Source: a virus. Taken from it: DNA of 56,326 nt. The stretch is taken from IMG/VR virus record IMGVR_UViG_3300016665_000747, positions 1 through 56,326 of that record, one strand, 5' to 3'. Below the pieces are notes generated by a model. The model was given only the letters and a program-made list of their open reading frames with translations. It ran no database searches and was not told where the DNA came from. The translations under genes and the position numbers were made by a program. Below, piece by piece: positions 17,718 through 26,692 of the stretch. Positions within the stretch are counted from its first letter, which is position 1, and each line of letters starts with the position of its first letter.

Positions 17718-19406
17718 ATGGCTACGCAAAAACAGATGTTTCCTATTATCTATAAGCCTGGAATACTCCGTGATGGTTCGCCTTTTCAAGGAAGTTACTG
17801 CATACGGGGGCAATGGGTCAGATTTTTTAGAGGCCAGCCTCAGAATATCGGGGGAATGAGAAATTATGTAATATATCAACAAGGTATACCTCAGATTTTA
17901 CCTCCCGCTTCTATACCGACTAATTGTATTATATACTATGACAGCAAGGGTGATAAGCATACCTTATTAGGAATTTCTCCCACTTATGGACCAGACTTAT
18001 CTAATGTGATAGATGTTACTTATACAACTAGCGGGGCTCAAACTTTTACTTATGGTTCCACGTACACTAATCCTACCAATACCTTGACCCAATTTGTGGT
18101 AGTAATAAGCATTATCAATAGTATTCCAACACAAATGGTATTATGTCTGGGTATGAAAAACTACACAGATATTAATAGCAGTGAAGCTATTTCTACCATC
18201 TTGGCAAAGGAATCTACCGATGGTTTTTTTCAGGTGAATTTTCCTGATTTTGTTTTACAGGAAGCAACAGGCGGAATGCTTTACGTGGGAAGTAGATTAT
18301 TTTACTACGGCAACAATGGCCTAGTTAGGTGGTCTTCAATTGCTCAAAAAAAGTCAAGCGAGGAGACACACTTACAAAAGCCTTTCCTGTTTTTTAAAAA
18401 CAAATATTCTATCAATATTAGTACCGATAAAGTAATCTATGGTGCAGAATGGCGAGGAGGGGTAAATGCACCGACAATAATCTTCTGGACACTCGGCTCA
18501 GTTGTTCTTATTAGCAATACTACGGGTAGCAATAATCAGGCCACTAGCGATCCTGATGACCTTTCTTTTAGCAGAAAGGTATTATCAAGAGATAGCTCCA
18601 TTTTATCTTCAAATAGCGTAGTTGAATATGACGGAATATTCTACTGGCCGGGAACACAAAGATTTTTTGTATTCAATGGCGTAGTTCTTCCGCTTGAGAA
18701 TAATCTCAATCGTCAGACCTTTTTTGATACTATTGATATGAGTAAACGTCAGAGGGTCTTTGGCGTCAAAAACGTAAGCAGAGATGAAATCTGGTGGTTC
18801 TACCCTGAAAAAGGAAAAGATGCCGATATTGGATGTACCAGAGCCGTTATTTACAATGTTGTAGATAATACCTGGTATGATACCAGCATTGAACGGGCGG
18901 CCGGTTATTTTGATAATACCGGAGGTAATATGTACACTGTTGGTAAAAATTTGAGTCCTTACGAAGGTGATAATAACAATTATGTCTGGGAACATGAAGT
19001 CGGAAACGATCAGGTCAATCTTTATAAGGAAGTAGATCAGCAGGTTAAACCAATCCCATCCTTCTTTACCACGCCTATAATTTCTTATGCTACCTTTAAT
19101 CCACAAAAACAGGTAGCAGGTATTGATTACAACATAGGTATAGAGAGGATAGAGCCTAACATTGTCGGTACAAAAAAAATAAAAATGACTGTTAGCATCA
19201 ATACATATGAATATCCCGCAAGTGCTCCTGTAACAGCTACTTATGACCTGACCACTGATGGAGAGGAAAATACTGTGAGACCTGCTATTAATGAACGCAA
19301 ACAAGGAAGAAATATTAATTTTACCTTCAAATCAGAAGGTATCGGCTCTGGTTATCAGATGGGAACTACCTTTGTTTTAGCTGAAATAGATGACGGTAGG
19401 CCATGA
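17718..19406 (+). CDS. Hypothetical large virion protein (candidate tail nozzle/tubular protein)
   Basis: 562 aa, the largest protein of the tail block. The call is by size and position only. Confidence 0.35.
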   Translation: MATQKQMFPIIYKPGILRDGSPFQGSYCIRGQWVRFFRGQPQNIGGMRNYVIYQQGIPQILPPASIPTNCIIYYDSKGDKHTLLGISPTYGPDLSNVIDVTYTTSGAQTFTYGSTYTNPTNTLTQFVVVISIINSIPTQMVLCLGMKNYTDINSSEAISTILAKESTDGFFQVNFPDFVLQEATGGMLYVGSRLFYYGNNGLVRWSSIAQKKSSEETHLQKPFLFFKNKYSINISTDKVIYGAEWRGGVNAPTIIFWTLGSVVLISNTTGSNNQATSDPDDLSFSRKVLSRDSSILSSNSVVEYDGIFYWPGTQRFFVFNGVVLPLENNLNRQTFFDTIDMSKRQRVFGVKNVSRDEIWWFYPEKGKDADIGCTRAVIYNVVDNTWYDTSIERAAGYFDNTGGNMYTVGKNLSPYEGDNNNYVWEHEVGNDQVNLYKEVDQQVKPIPSFFTTPIISYATFNPQKQVAGIDYNIGIERIEPNIVGTKKIKMTVSINTYEYPASAPVTATYDLTTDGEENTVRPAINERKQGRNINFTFKSEGIGSGYQMGTTFVLAEIDDGRP

Positions 19407-19681
19407 TTAGCGTCTATCCCAAATATATTAGCGTTAAATACTGGGCAGCTACTGTTTGCGATGATTACTCGGATTTTCCTCTTCCCATCCTTCATGATGA
19501 AACAAAATGGGCAGCATGGGCGCAGAACTTAATCAGTATCGAACCGTTTATGATTGCCGGAGTACCGAGTCCATATAAAGACGTTCGTAAAAAGGATGGA
19601 GAACTTGCCTTTAAAAACTGGGAAGAATGGGCAAAAAAAGCCTATTTGGTTATGCTTGCCCAGGATAATAATTCTTTTTAG
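19403..19681 (+). CDS. Hypothetical protein (last gene of the late block)
   Basis: 92 aa, with an ATGA overlap with the upstream gene. Confidence 0.5.
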   Translation: MISVYPKYISVKYWAATVCDDYSDFPLPILHDETKWAAWAQNLISIEPFMIAGVPSPYKDVRKKDGELAFKNWEEWAKKAYLVMLAQDNNSF

Positions 19682-19684
19682 TAG

Positions 19685-19966
19685 TTATAAACCTAATTCA
19701 CTATGAGAACCAAGACGCACCAATTCCAAAACATTGTCATCAATTTTTCTATAAATTAGCACTAGATCAGGTTTGATATGACAATCTCTAAAATCCTTTA
19801 AGTTACCATTAAGAGAGTGGTCGTGCATGCTTTGTGGTAATGGTTCGTCTGTAGTCAATAGTTGAAACACTATAAATAGCCTTTCTTCAAGATCAGTTCT
19901 ATGTTGCCCTCGTTTTTCACGCTTAAAATCACGTTTATACTGGGCAGTAGGCTTAATCGTCCGCAT
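19685..19966 (-). CDS. yafQ: Type II toxin, YafQ/RelE family mRNA interferase
   Basis: ...YKRDFKREKRG...PLPQSMHDHSLNGNLKDFRDCHIKPDLVLIYRKIDDNVLELVRLGSHSEL matches the YafQ signature (DH.L.G....RECHI.PD.LLIY....L.L.R.GSHS.L). Confidence 0.8.
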   Translation of the reverse strand: MRTIKPTAQYKRDFKREKRGQHRTDLEERLFIVFQLLTTDEPLPQSMHDHSLNGNLKDFRDCHIKPDLVLIYRKIDDNVLELVRLGSHSELGL

Positions 19967-20216
19967 TTAGTTCGTCAAACAAATTATCTAAAGTGCAGGT
20001 AGTTATAAATTCCCCTCTTCTAGCAGCTTCTATAGCTTGCATTGTTGTAGCGTTAGGGACAAGAGGTTCAAACGGCAATCTTTTTTCACGAGCAACTCTG
20101 ACTAGCATCATACGTAAAGCATCAGATACACTAAGACCTATTTCAGACAGCACAATAGCAGCTTCTTCTTTTATCTTTTCATTTATGCGAGCACGCACAA
20201 TAGAATTATTAAGCAT
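19953..20216 (-). CDS. dinJ: Type II antitoxin, DinJ/RelB family
   Basis: The N-terminal ribbon-helix-helix pattern VRARINEKIKEEAAIVLSEIGLSVSDALRMMLVRVAREKRLPFE is present. It overlaps the toxin gene by 14 nt. Confidence 0.8.
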   Translation of the reverse strand: MLNNSIVRARINEKIKEEAAIVLSEIGLSVSDALRMMLVRVAREKRLPFEPLVPNATTMQAIEAARRGEFITTCTLDNLFDELNADD

Positions 20217-20243
20217 AAAATTATTATATTTTTATTATTTATA

Positions 20244-20256
20244 GCTACATTGTAGC
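20244..20256. promoter_or_regulatory. Palindrome GCTACA-T-TGTAGC, candidate DinJ/YafQ operator
   Basis: Perfect 6-bp arms 28-40 nt upstream of the dinJ start codon, read directly. Confidence 0.45.
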
Positions 20257-20296
20257 ACAATAAATATTCTTTACAAGCTAAAACTTACACGATTTT

Positions 20297-20339
20297 TTAA
20301 GTCTACAGCTATTTCGTGATATAATAAAAAAGAAAAAGG
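20297..20339 (+). promoter_or_regulatory. Candidate promoter TTAAGT-N17-(TG)aTATAAT plus conserved leader/RBS
   Basis: Extended -10 tgatataat at 20317-20325. The segment 20316-20339 is 23/24 identical to 16395-16418. Confidence 0.5.
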
Positions 20340-20343
20340 TATT

Positions 20344-20505
20344 ATGAAAATGGCAGCTCTTATTTTAATAATTGTCATCGGTGTTGGCTCAGCATATTTT
20401 CTTGGCCATGACAACCCTGTCGAAGAAATGGCAGAAAAAGTCATAGAACAACAAACAGGAATAGATATTGATTTAACGCCTAGTAGCAAAGAAAATTCCA
20501 AGTGA
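20344..20505 (+). CDS. Small membrane-anchored protein (53 aa), not in the ORF track
   Basis: MKMAALILIIVIGVGSAYFLGHDNPVEEMAEKVIEQQTGIDIDLTPSSKENSK has one N-terminal TM segment. An RBS aaaaagg precedes it, and its stop overlaps the GTG start of the ruvC-like gene (GTGA). It is preferred over the antisense ORF 20271-20501. Confidence 0.5.
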   Translation: MKMAALILIIVIGVGSAYFLGHDNPVEEMAEKVIEQQTGIDIDLTPSSKENSK

Positions 20506-20963
20506 ACAATTTAACAGTCCTGGCTCTGGACCTTGGTACTATTACCGGCTTTGCTACTTGCGATTTATCAGGCAACATAACTTCTGGCACTGCCAGTTTT
20601 AAAACCGGCAGATTTGAAGGAGGAGGCATGCCTTTCTTACGTTTTAAACGATGGCTTACCGATTTAAAGGCGAATTTAGGAGTAATTGATGCGGTTTATT
20701 TTGAAGAAGTAAGAGCCCATAAGGGTGTTGATGCTGCCCATAAATATGGGGGATTCGTTGCTCATCTGACCAGCTGGTGCGAACATCATGGGATACCTTA
20801 CTCGGGCATACCTGTTGGAACAATTAAGAAGCATATTACTGGCAAAGGAAATGCTCCTAAAGAGTCCGTAATAACTGCCGTGAAAAACAAAGGATTCGCT
20901 CCCATAGACGATAATGAGGCCGATAGTCTTGCTCTGCTTGATTTTGTGTTAAGCCGTCAATAA
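20502..20963 (+). CDS. ruvC: RuvC-like Holliday junction resolvase
   Basis: N-terminal LALDLGTITGFA (first catalytic Asp), central YFEEV, and C-terminal DDNEADSLALL (terminal catalytic Asp). This layout is typical of RuvC-family phage resolvases. Confidence 0.7.
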   Translation: MNNLTVLALDLGTITGFATCDLSGNITSGTASFKTGRFEGGGMPFLRFKRWLTDLKANLGVIDAVYFEEVRAHKGVDAAHKYGGFVAHLTSWCEHHGIPYSGIPVGTIKKHITGKGNAPKESVITAVKNKGFAPIDDNEADSLALLDFVLSRQ

Positions 20964-21085
20964 AAACTAAATGTTTTAACTAGTAATCACCAATGCCTAT
21001 TTCCTAGGCGTTATTCGTAAAACCTTAAAAAGCTTATTTCCGGCAAATATAATTCACAAAGTTATCAAGATTTTTTGTGGATTGT

Positions 21086-21292
21086 TTAGTCTAAATATTT
21101 GATACTAGTTGCGTATACCTTTTCGCCTTTGGTAGCAGGGAAATACTCTACTTTCTGATTCTTTTGGATTTCTTCTATACCAGACTTCTTTAGTTCGTTC
21201 TCATGGAAGAAAACATCTTTTGAACCATCATCTGGTTTAATAAATCCATATTTACTATCGGTAGAATAAAATTTAACAACCCCTCTTTTCAT
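21086..21292 (-). CDS. Cold-shock domain protein (CspA family)
   Basis: GVVKFYSTDSKYGFIKPDDGSKDVFFHENEL... matches the RNP1/RNP2 region of CspA (G.VKWFN..KGFGFI.PDDG.KDVFVH). The ATG at 21292 gives 68 aa; the track's TTG at 21325 is less likely. Confidence 0.8.
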   Translation of the reverse strand: MKRGVVKFYSTDSKYGFIKPDDGSKDVFFHENELKKSGIEEIQKNQKVEYFPATKGEKVYATSIKYLD

Positions 21293-21336
21293 GAATATAA
21301 CTTCATTAGTTAAATATCTACCCAAAATAGCAAATT

Positions 21337-23511
21337 TTATTCCTGATTGCCATTTAAAACGTTATATAAAGTAGGAAAATAATTAGGCTTACTATACACA
21401 ACCGGTTCTCTTGTTAATAATGATTTAGCATATATAGGGTCGGTTAAGGCTTGTTCTAGTATGTTATAAGTTGTATTTGGCCGAGTAAGCCCTGCTATAT
21501 GATTCTTAAATGGAAGCCCTGGGACATATTTTGCTAGTGCTAATGGCTGGGATACTTCAGAACCTAAATAACCTCTTACCATCTCTTGCAGTTGTTGTTT
21601 CGGCATCGTAGCAGAACCAAAAGTAGAGTTACCCCTGCTAACTGATGATCTATTTTGTAGATATTCATTAATTTGCTTAAATACCCCTAGTTCTTCAGGA
21701 GAATAGATAGCATCAAGTTTATGCCCTCGCTCTCTTAAAAAATGACTCGATTTATCATAAGTCGGTAGTCGTCCTTCTTCGGAAATTTCTTTATTAAGGT
21801 ATTTATCCCTAAAATAAGCTTTAGTTAGTTTTTCTGCCGGTGTTCCTTTTACCTGCCCCATATAATTAGCCACACTAGCCTTAGGTGATGACATGATATT
21901 GCGAGCTAAATCATCAACAGGAACTCTATATGCATCCCATTCATCCTTTGATACAAATTTTTTAAGTAGTCTATCTCTATTGATTTTATTAATCTCTGGT
22001 GAATACTCCCTGTAAACTTGTCGATGAGCTAATCCTTCGGGCGTTGCTTCCAAATCTGCTTCTAAAGCTTTTTTCTGTTTTGTATAATGTCTAATTAGCG
22101 AATCATTACCACCCTTTGCAGACCTTTTTAATTCGGTAATATTATTAGCTATTTCAGTAATTGCCTTATCAATATGACCTGGCCTATAATGTCCGCTTTC
22201 TAAAGTAGTAATTTTCTCTTTTAAGCCACTAATTTTTGCAATTTTTTTGCGAAAACCAGGCATTAATTCATTTAGTATTTGATCCTTAGCTTGAAAACTT
22301 AAACCGGGATAATCCTTTTCTACCTGCGTGATTATCTTATTTACTTCTTTTTCAAGCTCTGTAAGTTCAGTTTTAGATTTCTCTGCTAGCCTTTGATATT
22401 TATCAGGTAACAAGGATTTATTCTTATTTAAGCCCTTTTCTATATCACCGAGCTCTTTGGCTATAGCCTGCTCCGTATAACTATTTAAATTTTCAGTAGG
22501 ATATAAATTAGGTGATTCTTCCAGTTTTGCATACAATGGACTTGCCGCTTTTTCTCTCGCCTTTTCTAACTTAGCCAATTTTTTACTAATTACTGCTCTC
22601 CCTGCTTCTCCAACTTCTATAGGCGAAGGATTTGACTCACTGCCGATGTTATTTAGTTTGTTTCGTAAAATCTCATCATTAGCAGTCATTTTACTCTGTA
22701 TTCCAGTAAAATTTGGAGCATAAGCATTATGTAAATTTGATATATCCTTATTTAAAGCTACTTCTGCCGTAACAGGAATAACATCAAGATTCTCGGGATT
22801 AAAATTCATTAACTTATCAAGACCTTCTTCTTTAGTAATATCTTTCATTAACCTTGTAACTTTTTCTTCGCGAGCAACAGTTCTTCCAGATTTAGAGAAT
22901 CTATCTAATAAATTCCGAGCTTTAGAAGTACCGCCTTGAATACCAAGAGTAGATATGTCAGCTACTAAAGGATCAACTCCCGCTTCGATAGCAGTGCCGC
23001 TTAAACCACCAAGAAGCCCCTCTATAGCAGCACTTTTACCTAATTTGTTAACTTTACTAAATTTTCCAAGTAATCCACCGGGAGCTGCCCACTCCATACC
23101 ATGACCTACTATTCTTTGTAATCCGTCTCTTGGCTGTGGCGTAATATCAATATCGTAGTTTGCTAATCCCTCTTTTATCCATTTAGATGGACGATCTACA
23201 TTCTCTTCTCTAAAATAATTCGGTTGCTCGCTAAAATGTTGTAGCGATTTTGTTGTTTCTGGGTCTCTATAAGGATTATTATTACCGGCAAGTCTTCCTG
23301 CTGCCCATCTTATACCTGCTTCACCAAGGTTAGCAAGATTAGCGGGTATATCAGGCAATTCAGATAATACAGTAGCTCCCTTTTTGCTTAAGAATGATGA
23401 CCAGTCATCTCCTTGGGTTTTGCGTTCATATTGCGACCAGTCTACTTTTTGAGGTTCTTTTCTTTCGTATTGCGACCAATTTATTTGCTGCTTTGTCATT
23501 GTCTTATCCAA
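21337..23511 (-). CDS. Large hypothetical protein (724 aa), candidate internal virion/ejection protein
   Basis: N-terminal tandem WSQYERK repeats (INWSQYERKEPQKVDWSQYERKTQGDDWSSF) followed by long helical regions. It is the last of four tightly packed minus-strand genes. The function is inferred only. Confidence 0.3.
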   Translation of the reverse strand: MDKTMTKQQINWSQYERKEPQKVDWSQYERKTQGDDWSSFLSKKGATVLSELPDIPANLANLGEAGIRWAAGRLAGNNNPYRDPETTKSLQHFSEQPNYFREENVDRPSKWIKEGLANYDIDITPQPRDGLQRIVGHGMEWAAPGGLLGKFSKVNKLGKSAAIEGLLGGLSGTAIEAGVDPLVADISTLGIQGGTSKARNLLDRFSKSGRTVAREEKVTRLMKDITKEEGLDKLMNFNPENLDVIPVTAEVALNKDISNLHNAYAPNFTGIQSKMTANDEILRNKLNNIGSESNPSPIEVGEAGRAVISKKLAKLEKAREKAASPLYAKLEESPNLYPTENLNSYTEQAIAKELGDIEKGLNKNKSLLPDKYQRLAEKSKTELTELEKEVNKIITQVEKDYPGLSFQAKDQILNELMPGFRKKIAKISGLKEKITTLESGHYRPGHIDKAITEIANNITELKRSAKGGNDSLIRHYTKQKKALEADLEATPEGLAHRQVYREYSPEINKINRDRLLKKFVSKDEWDAYRVPVDDLARNIMSSPKASVANYMGQVKGTPAEKLTKAYFRDKYLNKEISEEGRLPTYDKSSHFLRERGHKLDAIYSPEELGVFKQINEYLQNRSSVSRGNSTFGSATMPKQQLQEMVRGYLGSEVSQPLALAKYVPGLPFKNHIAGLTRPNTTYNILEQALTDPIYAKSLLTREPVVYSKPNYFPTLYNVLNGNQE

Positions 23512-24659
23512 TTAGGATTTTCACTTTCAGCTAATTCAGCTTGATTAGCAGGTATATCAAAATATTTATTAGTTTTAGGGTCTAAAAAACTGACAACACC
23601 AATAGGATCAGATGAATGTTCTTCTTCCGGTTCTATATCTGATAAACCATAGTCCTGAACATTCAGGAATTGTTTTATTTGTTTATAATTATTTTTGTCT
23701 ATAAAACGCTTGGTTCTAGATGATAATGCCGCTGCATTGTAAATTCCTTCAGCTTCTTTTTCAAGATTATGTAATTTTTGTTCAAAAACATGTTTACTGT
23801 CTTTGCCAAAAGTTGGATATAAGTTATTTTGATCTGTATATTTTATCATTGAATCTGTTGGTGCGGCACCTTTTAATGTCTGCTCTCCCATTATTGCTAT
23901 CTTTTTACTTGCAGCATAAAGATCATTATACAAAGCAGCTATTTTCTTTTTTACAGGATCATTTGAAAATCTACTCATAAAAGAACCAAAATCTTGTAAA
24001 GATTTTTCAAAAACAAAAGGATCATCAACGTTAATACCCTTTTCTTTCATTAAAGTTTTTAATTTCTCATAATTTTCCTTCACCTCTCTAACGTCTTTAA
24101 GATAAGCACCTGTTTTTTTTGCATCCTCTCCAGCTTTATCCTGCTTAGAGTCAGTCATAATTTTTGGAGCTAATCTATCTAATTCTGAATCAGCACTGTA
24201 TTTATTTTTTTTGTGCTGTAATTCTTCTTTTCTAAAATTATCCAGTAAATTATGGGCTCTCTTAGTCTCCGCGAGTTGCCTCTCCTGGAATTTACGATGC
24301 CAGGCTTTATCTTCCCTGCTGTCTGCTAAAGCTTGCTCCGCTCTTTGATGCTGTAATATTTGATTAGCCAAACGCTCATTTTCGGCAATAGCTGTATCCT
24401 CGCTAGTATTATAAGCACTAAGTGCAGGATTCATCGCCCGCCCTATAACTCCTAAATTGTTTTTAAACCCACGCTGGATAGGCTCGGCAGCTAAACCATT
24501 ACCAAGAGCAAGTAACGCATTATTTATCGCTCTATGCTCCTGATCTCTGCTCATCCCTAAATTGCTTCGGGTACTACTAATCGCTTTTGCTATTCCTTCG
24601 TCAAAAGGATTTCTTCTTTCCGGCAAAGCTTGCATGCGATTTAATATTTCGTCTTCCAT
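23496..24659 (-). CDS. Hypothetical protein (387 aa), same operon
   Basis: Overlaps the downstream gene by 16 nt. Coiled-coil-rich, no motif recognised. Confidence 0.5.
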   Translation of the reverse strand: MEDEILNRMQALPERRNPFDEGIAKAISSTRSNLGMSRDQEHRAINNALLALGNGLAAEPIQRGFKNNLGVIGRAMNPALSAYNTSEDTAIAENERLANQILQHQRAEQALADSREDKAWHRKFQERQLAETKRAHNLLDNFRKEELQHKKNKYSADSELDRLAPKIMTDSKQDKAGEDAKKTGAYLKDVREVKENYEKLKTLMKEKGINVDDPFVFEKSLQDFGSFMSRFSNDPVKKKIAALYNDLYAASKKIAIMGEQTLKGAAPTDSMIKYTDQNNLYPTFGKDSKHVFEQKLHNLEKEAEGIYNAAALSSRTKRFIDKNNYKQIKQFLNVQDYGLSDIEPEEEHSSDPIGVVSFLDPKTNKYFDIPANQAELAESENPNWIRQ

Positions 24660-24687
24660 AATAAAATATCTTTAAATAAATATAAAA

Positions 24688-26691
24688 TTATCCTGTAAAT
24701 GGTCTAGCTTGAAAGCTATAAGCAGGTACTATATTTTGTCCATATCTTCTAACCGGCATTATATTTTTTAAATTTGGATCATCTATGTAATTGTTTGGAC
24801 TGTATGGAAAATTCATACCCCAAACCCTAGCAATAGCGTTTTCAAATCCTGGGCTACCGCTCTTTGCATATATTGTAGCATTTTCAGGAACAGCTCTCAT
24901 AGCATTCTCAAAGCTATTATACCAATTTAGTTTCTCCTGCCGTAATCTTAAAAGTTCATTTTTTTCATGCTGCTCTCTTTGAATTTGTTTTCTGAATATT
25001 TCTGCCTGCTTTGCCCGTTCCTGCTCTTGCAATTGCTTTATCCTGTTTTCTTCAGCTATCTTCAAAACCATCTGCCTTTCCTGCTCTTTGCGTCTTGCCT
25101 CATCTTCTTTCCTTTTTTGCAGCTTACTATTCTCAAAATCAGCATAATTCTTGATACCCCCTATATCCTGATTTAGGTTGCTCTCAAACTCCGTTTCACT
25201 ATGACTGACTGGCACTGTTTGAGCGTATTGTGCCAAAGCATGAATATTAGGTCTTAAAGACGGCGTATAAACAGACGGATTACTACTGACACCGGGATTT
25301 GCAAAAATACTGCTGATTTCAGGGCTTACGTTATATTTTACAATATCACTACCCGATCCCCCAGGCCATTCCTGATTTCTCTCTTCTTCAAATCGCTCCC
25401 GCTTCTGGTTTAACTCATCCTGCGTATTTAACCATTTATCTACCCCGAGCTGGTTCATTCCGCTAATCTTGCCAAGTACATCCTGATATTCAGATAATCC
25501 TTGCTGACCTAAACTATTTAACTGGTTTAAATCATTCATGTCGCTTTTATTTAAACTGCTCATTCTCCCCCGAAGTACATCCTGTAGTAAGTTGTTTCTA
25601 TTGCCAAAACGACTTTTAGCAATTCTATTGATAGCATCCTCGGTTTGCGATAAATGTGACTGTGACCCATACGTACCCTTTCGCTCATGATCCATACTGA
25701 TTCTGGCTTTTTCCGCCTTTAAAAGACTTTTTGTATCAGCATCAAGTTTATCTGCTTGTGGATTATAAATTGTAGGTAAATCGCGGGTAGCCCGCGTTCC
25801 AACATTCTCTCGCCCCATTAACGAGCTATAGAGGTTATCTCTTGCTTCCCTTGCCGAATCATTATAATCATGACTCAAATCCCCTAGCAGGCGATGCGAT
25901 ACCGATAAATCTTCCGGCACGCTAGCAAGCTGCTCGCCGCTATATCTCGGAGTCGGGCTATTATAAAGATTTAACCCTTTTTCAAGCACTTTAACTGCCG
26001 CTGCTTCTCCATAAGGCCCCATGTCATCAGGATTACCACCGCTATTTACTATATTGTATAACGCCTTCATCTTTTGCTTTGGGGCGTTTAATTCTTCATA
26101 AAACCTATTCTTATCTGCTGAATTTGCTAGATGCGAGTATATATGTTGCTGATTGCCGAATTGCCCCAGCATATTAGTAAGTCCTGCTCTCTTTGCCTTC
26201 TCAGCATTACCAAGCACATTTAAACTATTGCCAAGTCCGGAATTAAATTCAGAGTCCAAACCCTTTGCATCATTACTTAGGGCATCCGTGCCGACACGGG
26301 ATAAATCAAGACCCTTATTCAGGTTCGCCTCAAACTTATTATAAAAAGCAGGTTGCCTGCTGCTAGTTCTATCACCAAACTGTTTTCCAATCATCTTCCA
26401 TCCGGTATCGCCTACCCGTCTTTGACCTGACGTAAGTATATCTAGTAAAGAGCTTTTCTGTCCCTCATTAAAACCTTGTGGCGTTCTACTTAAAACACTA
26501 TTTGCTTCCACAGAATAAGGAGCAGGAGAACTATTAAACTGCTCTTCCAATGCTCGTTTCCTCTGAGTTAAAGCAGACATCGGAACGCTGGTCTTACCCC
26601 TATATACAGGCGCTTGGTTGCTTACCATTCGCCCTATATCACGATTAATAACAGCTAATGCTTGCTCTCTTAGGTCATTTAAGCTCTTCAT
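24688..26691 (-). CDS. Large hypothetical protein (667 aa), same operon
   Basis: Contains an E/R/K/Q-rich coiled-coil segment (KEDEARRKEQERQMVLKIAEENRIKQLQEQERAKQAEIFRKQIQREQHEKNELLRLRQEK). No catalytic motif recognised. Confidence 0.5.
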   Translation of the reverse strand: MKSLNDLREQALAVINRDIGRMVSNQAPVYRGKTSVPMSALTQRKRALEEQFNSSPAPYSVEANSVLSRTPQGFNEGQKSSLLDILTSGQRRVGDTGWKMIGKQFGDRTSSRQPAFYNKFEANLNKGLDLSRVGTDALSNDAKGLDSEFNSGLGNSLNVLGNAEKAKRAGLTNMLGQFGNQQHIYSHLANSADKNRFYEELNAPKQKMKALYNIVNSGGNPDDMGPYGEAAAVKVLEKGLNLYNSPTPRYSGEQLASVPEDLSVSHRLLGDLSHDYNDSAREARDNLYSSLMGRENVGTRATRDLPTIYNPQADKLDADTKSLLKAEKARISMDHERKGTYGSQSHLSQTEDAINRIAKSRFGNRNNLLQDVLRGRMSSLNKSDMNDLNQLNSLGQQGLSEYQDVLGKISGMNQLGVDKWLNTQDELNQKRERFEEERNQEWPGGSGSDIVKYNVSPEISSIFANPGVSSNPSVYTPSLRPNIHALAQYAQTVPVSHSETEFESNLNQDIGGIKNYADFENSKLQKRKEDEARRKEQERQMVLKIAEENRIKQLQEQERAKQAEIFRKQIQREQHEKNELLRLRQEKLNWYNSFENAMRAVPENATIYAKSGSPGFENAIARVWGMNFPYSPNNYIDDPNLKNIMPVRRYGQNIVPAYSFQARPFTG

Positions 26692-26692
26692 A

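Noticed and set aside
18609-19304. 231-aa minus-strand ORF inside 17718-19406
   Set aside because: Despite its length it is fully antisense to a 562-aa ORF in the late operon. Its composition is Ile/Phe-rich, typical of AT-rich antisense frames.
19993-20501. ORF 19993-20244 (+) antisense to dinJ, and ORF 20271-20501 (-)
   Set aside because: dinJ has a clear family signature. For 20271-20501, the plus-strand 53-aa ORF (20344-20505) with promoter, RBS and GTGA coupling to the ruvC-like gene is the better model.
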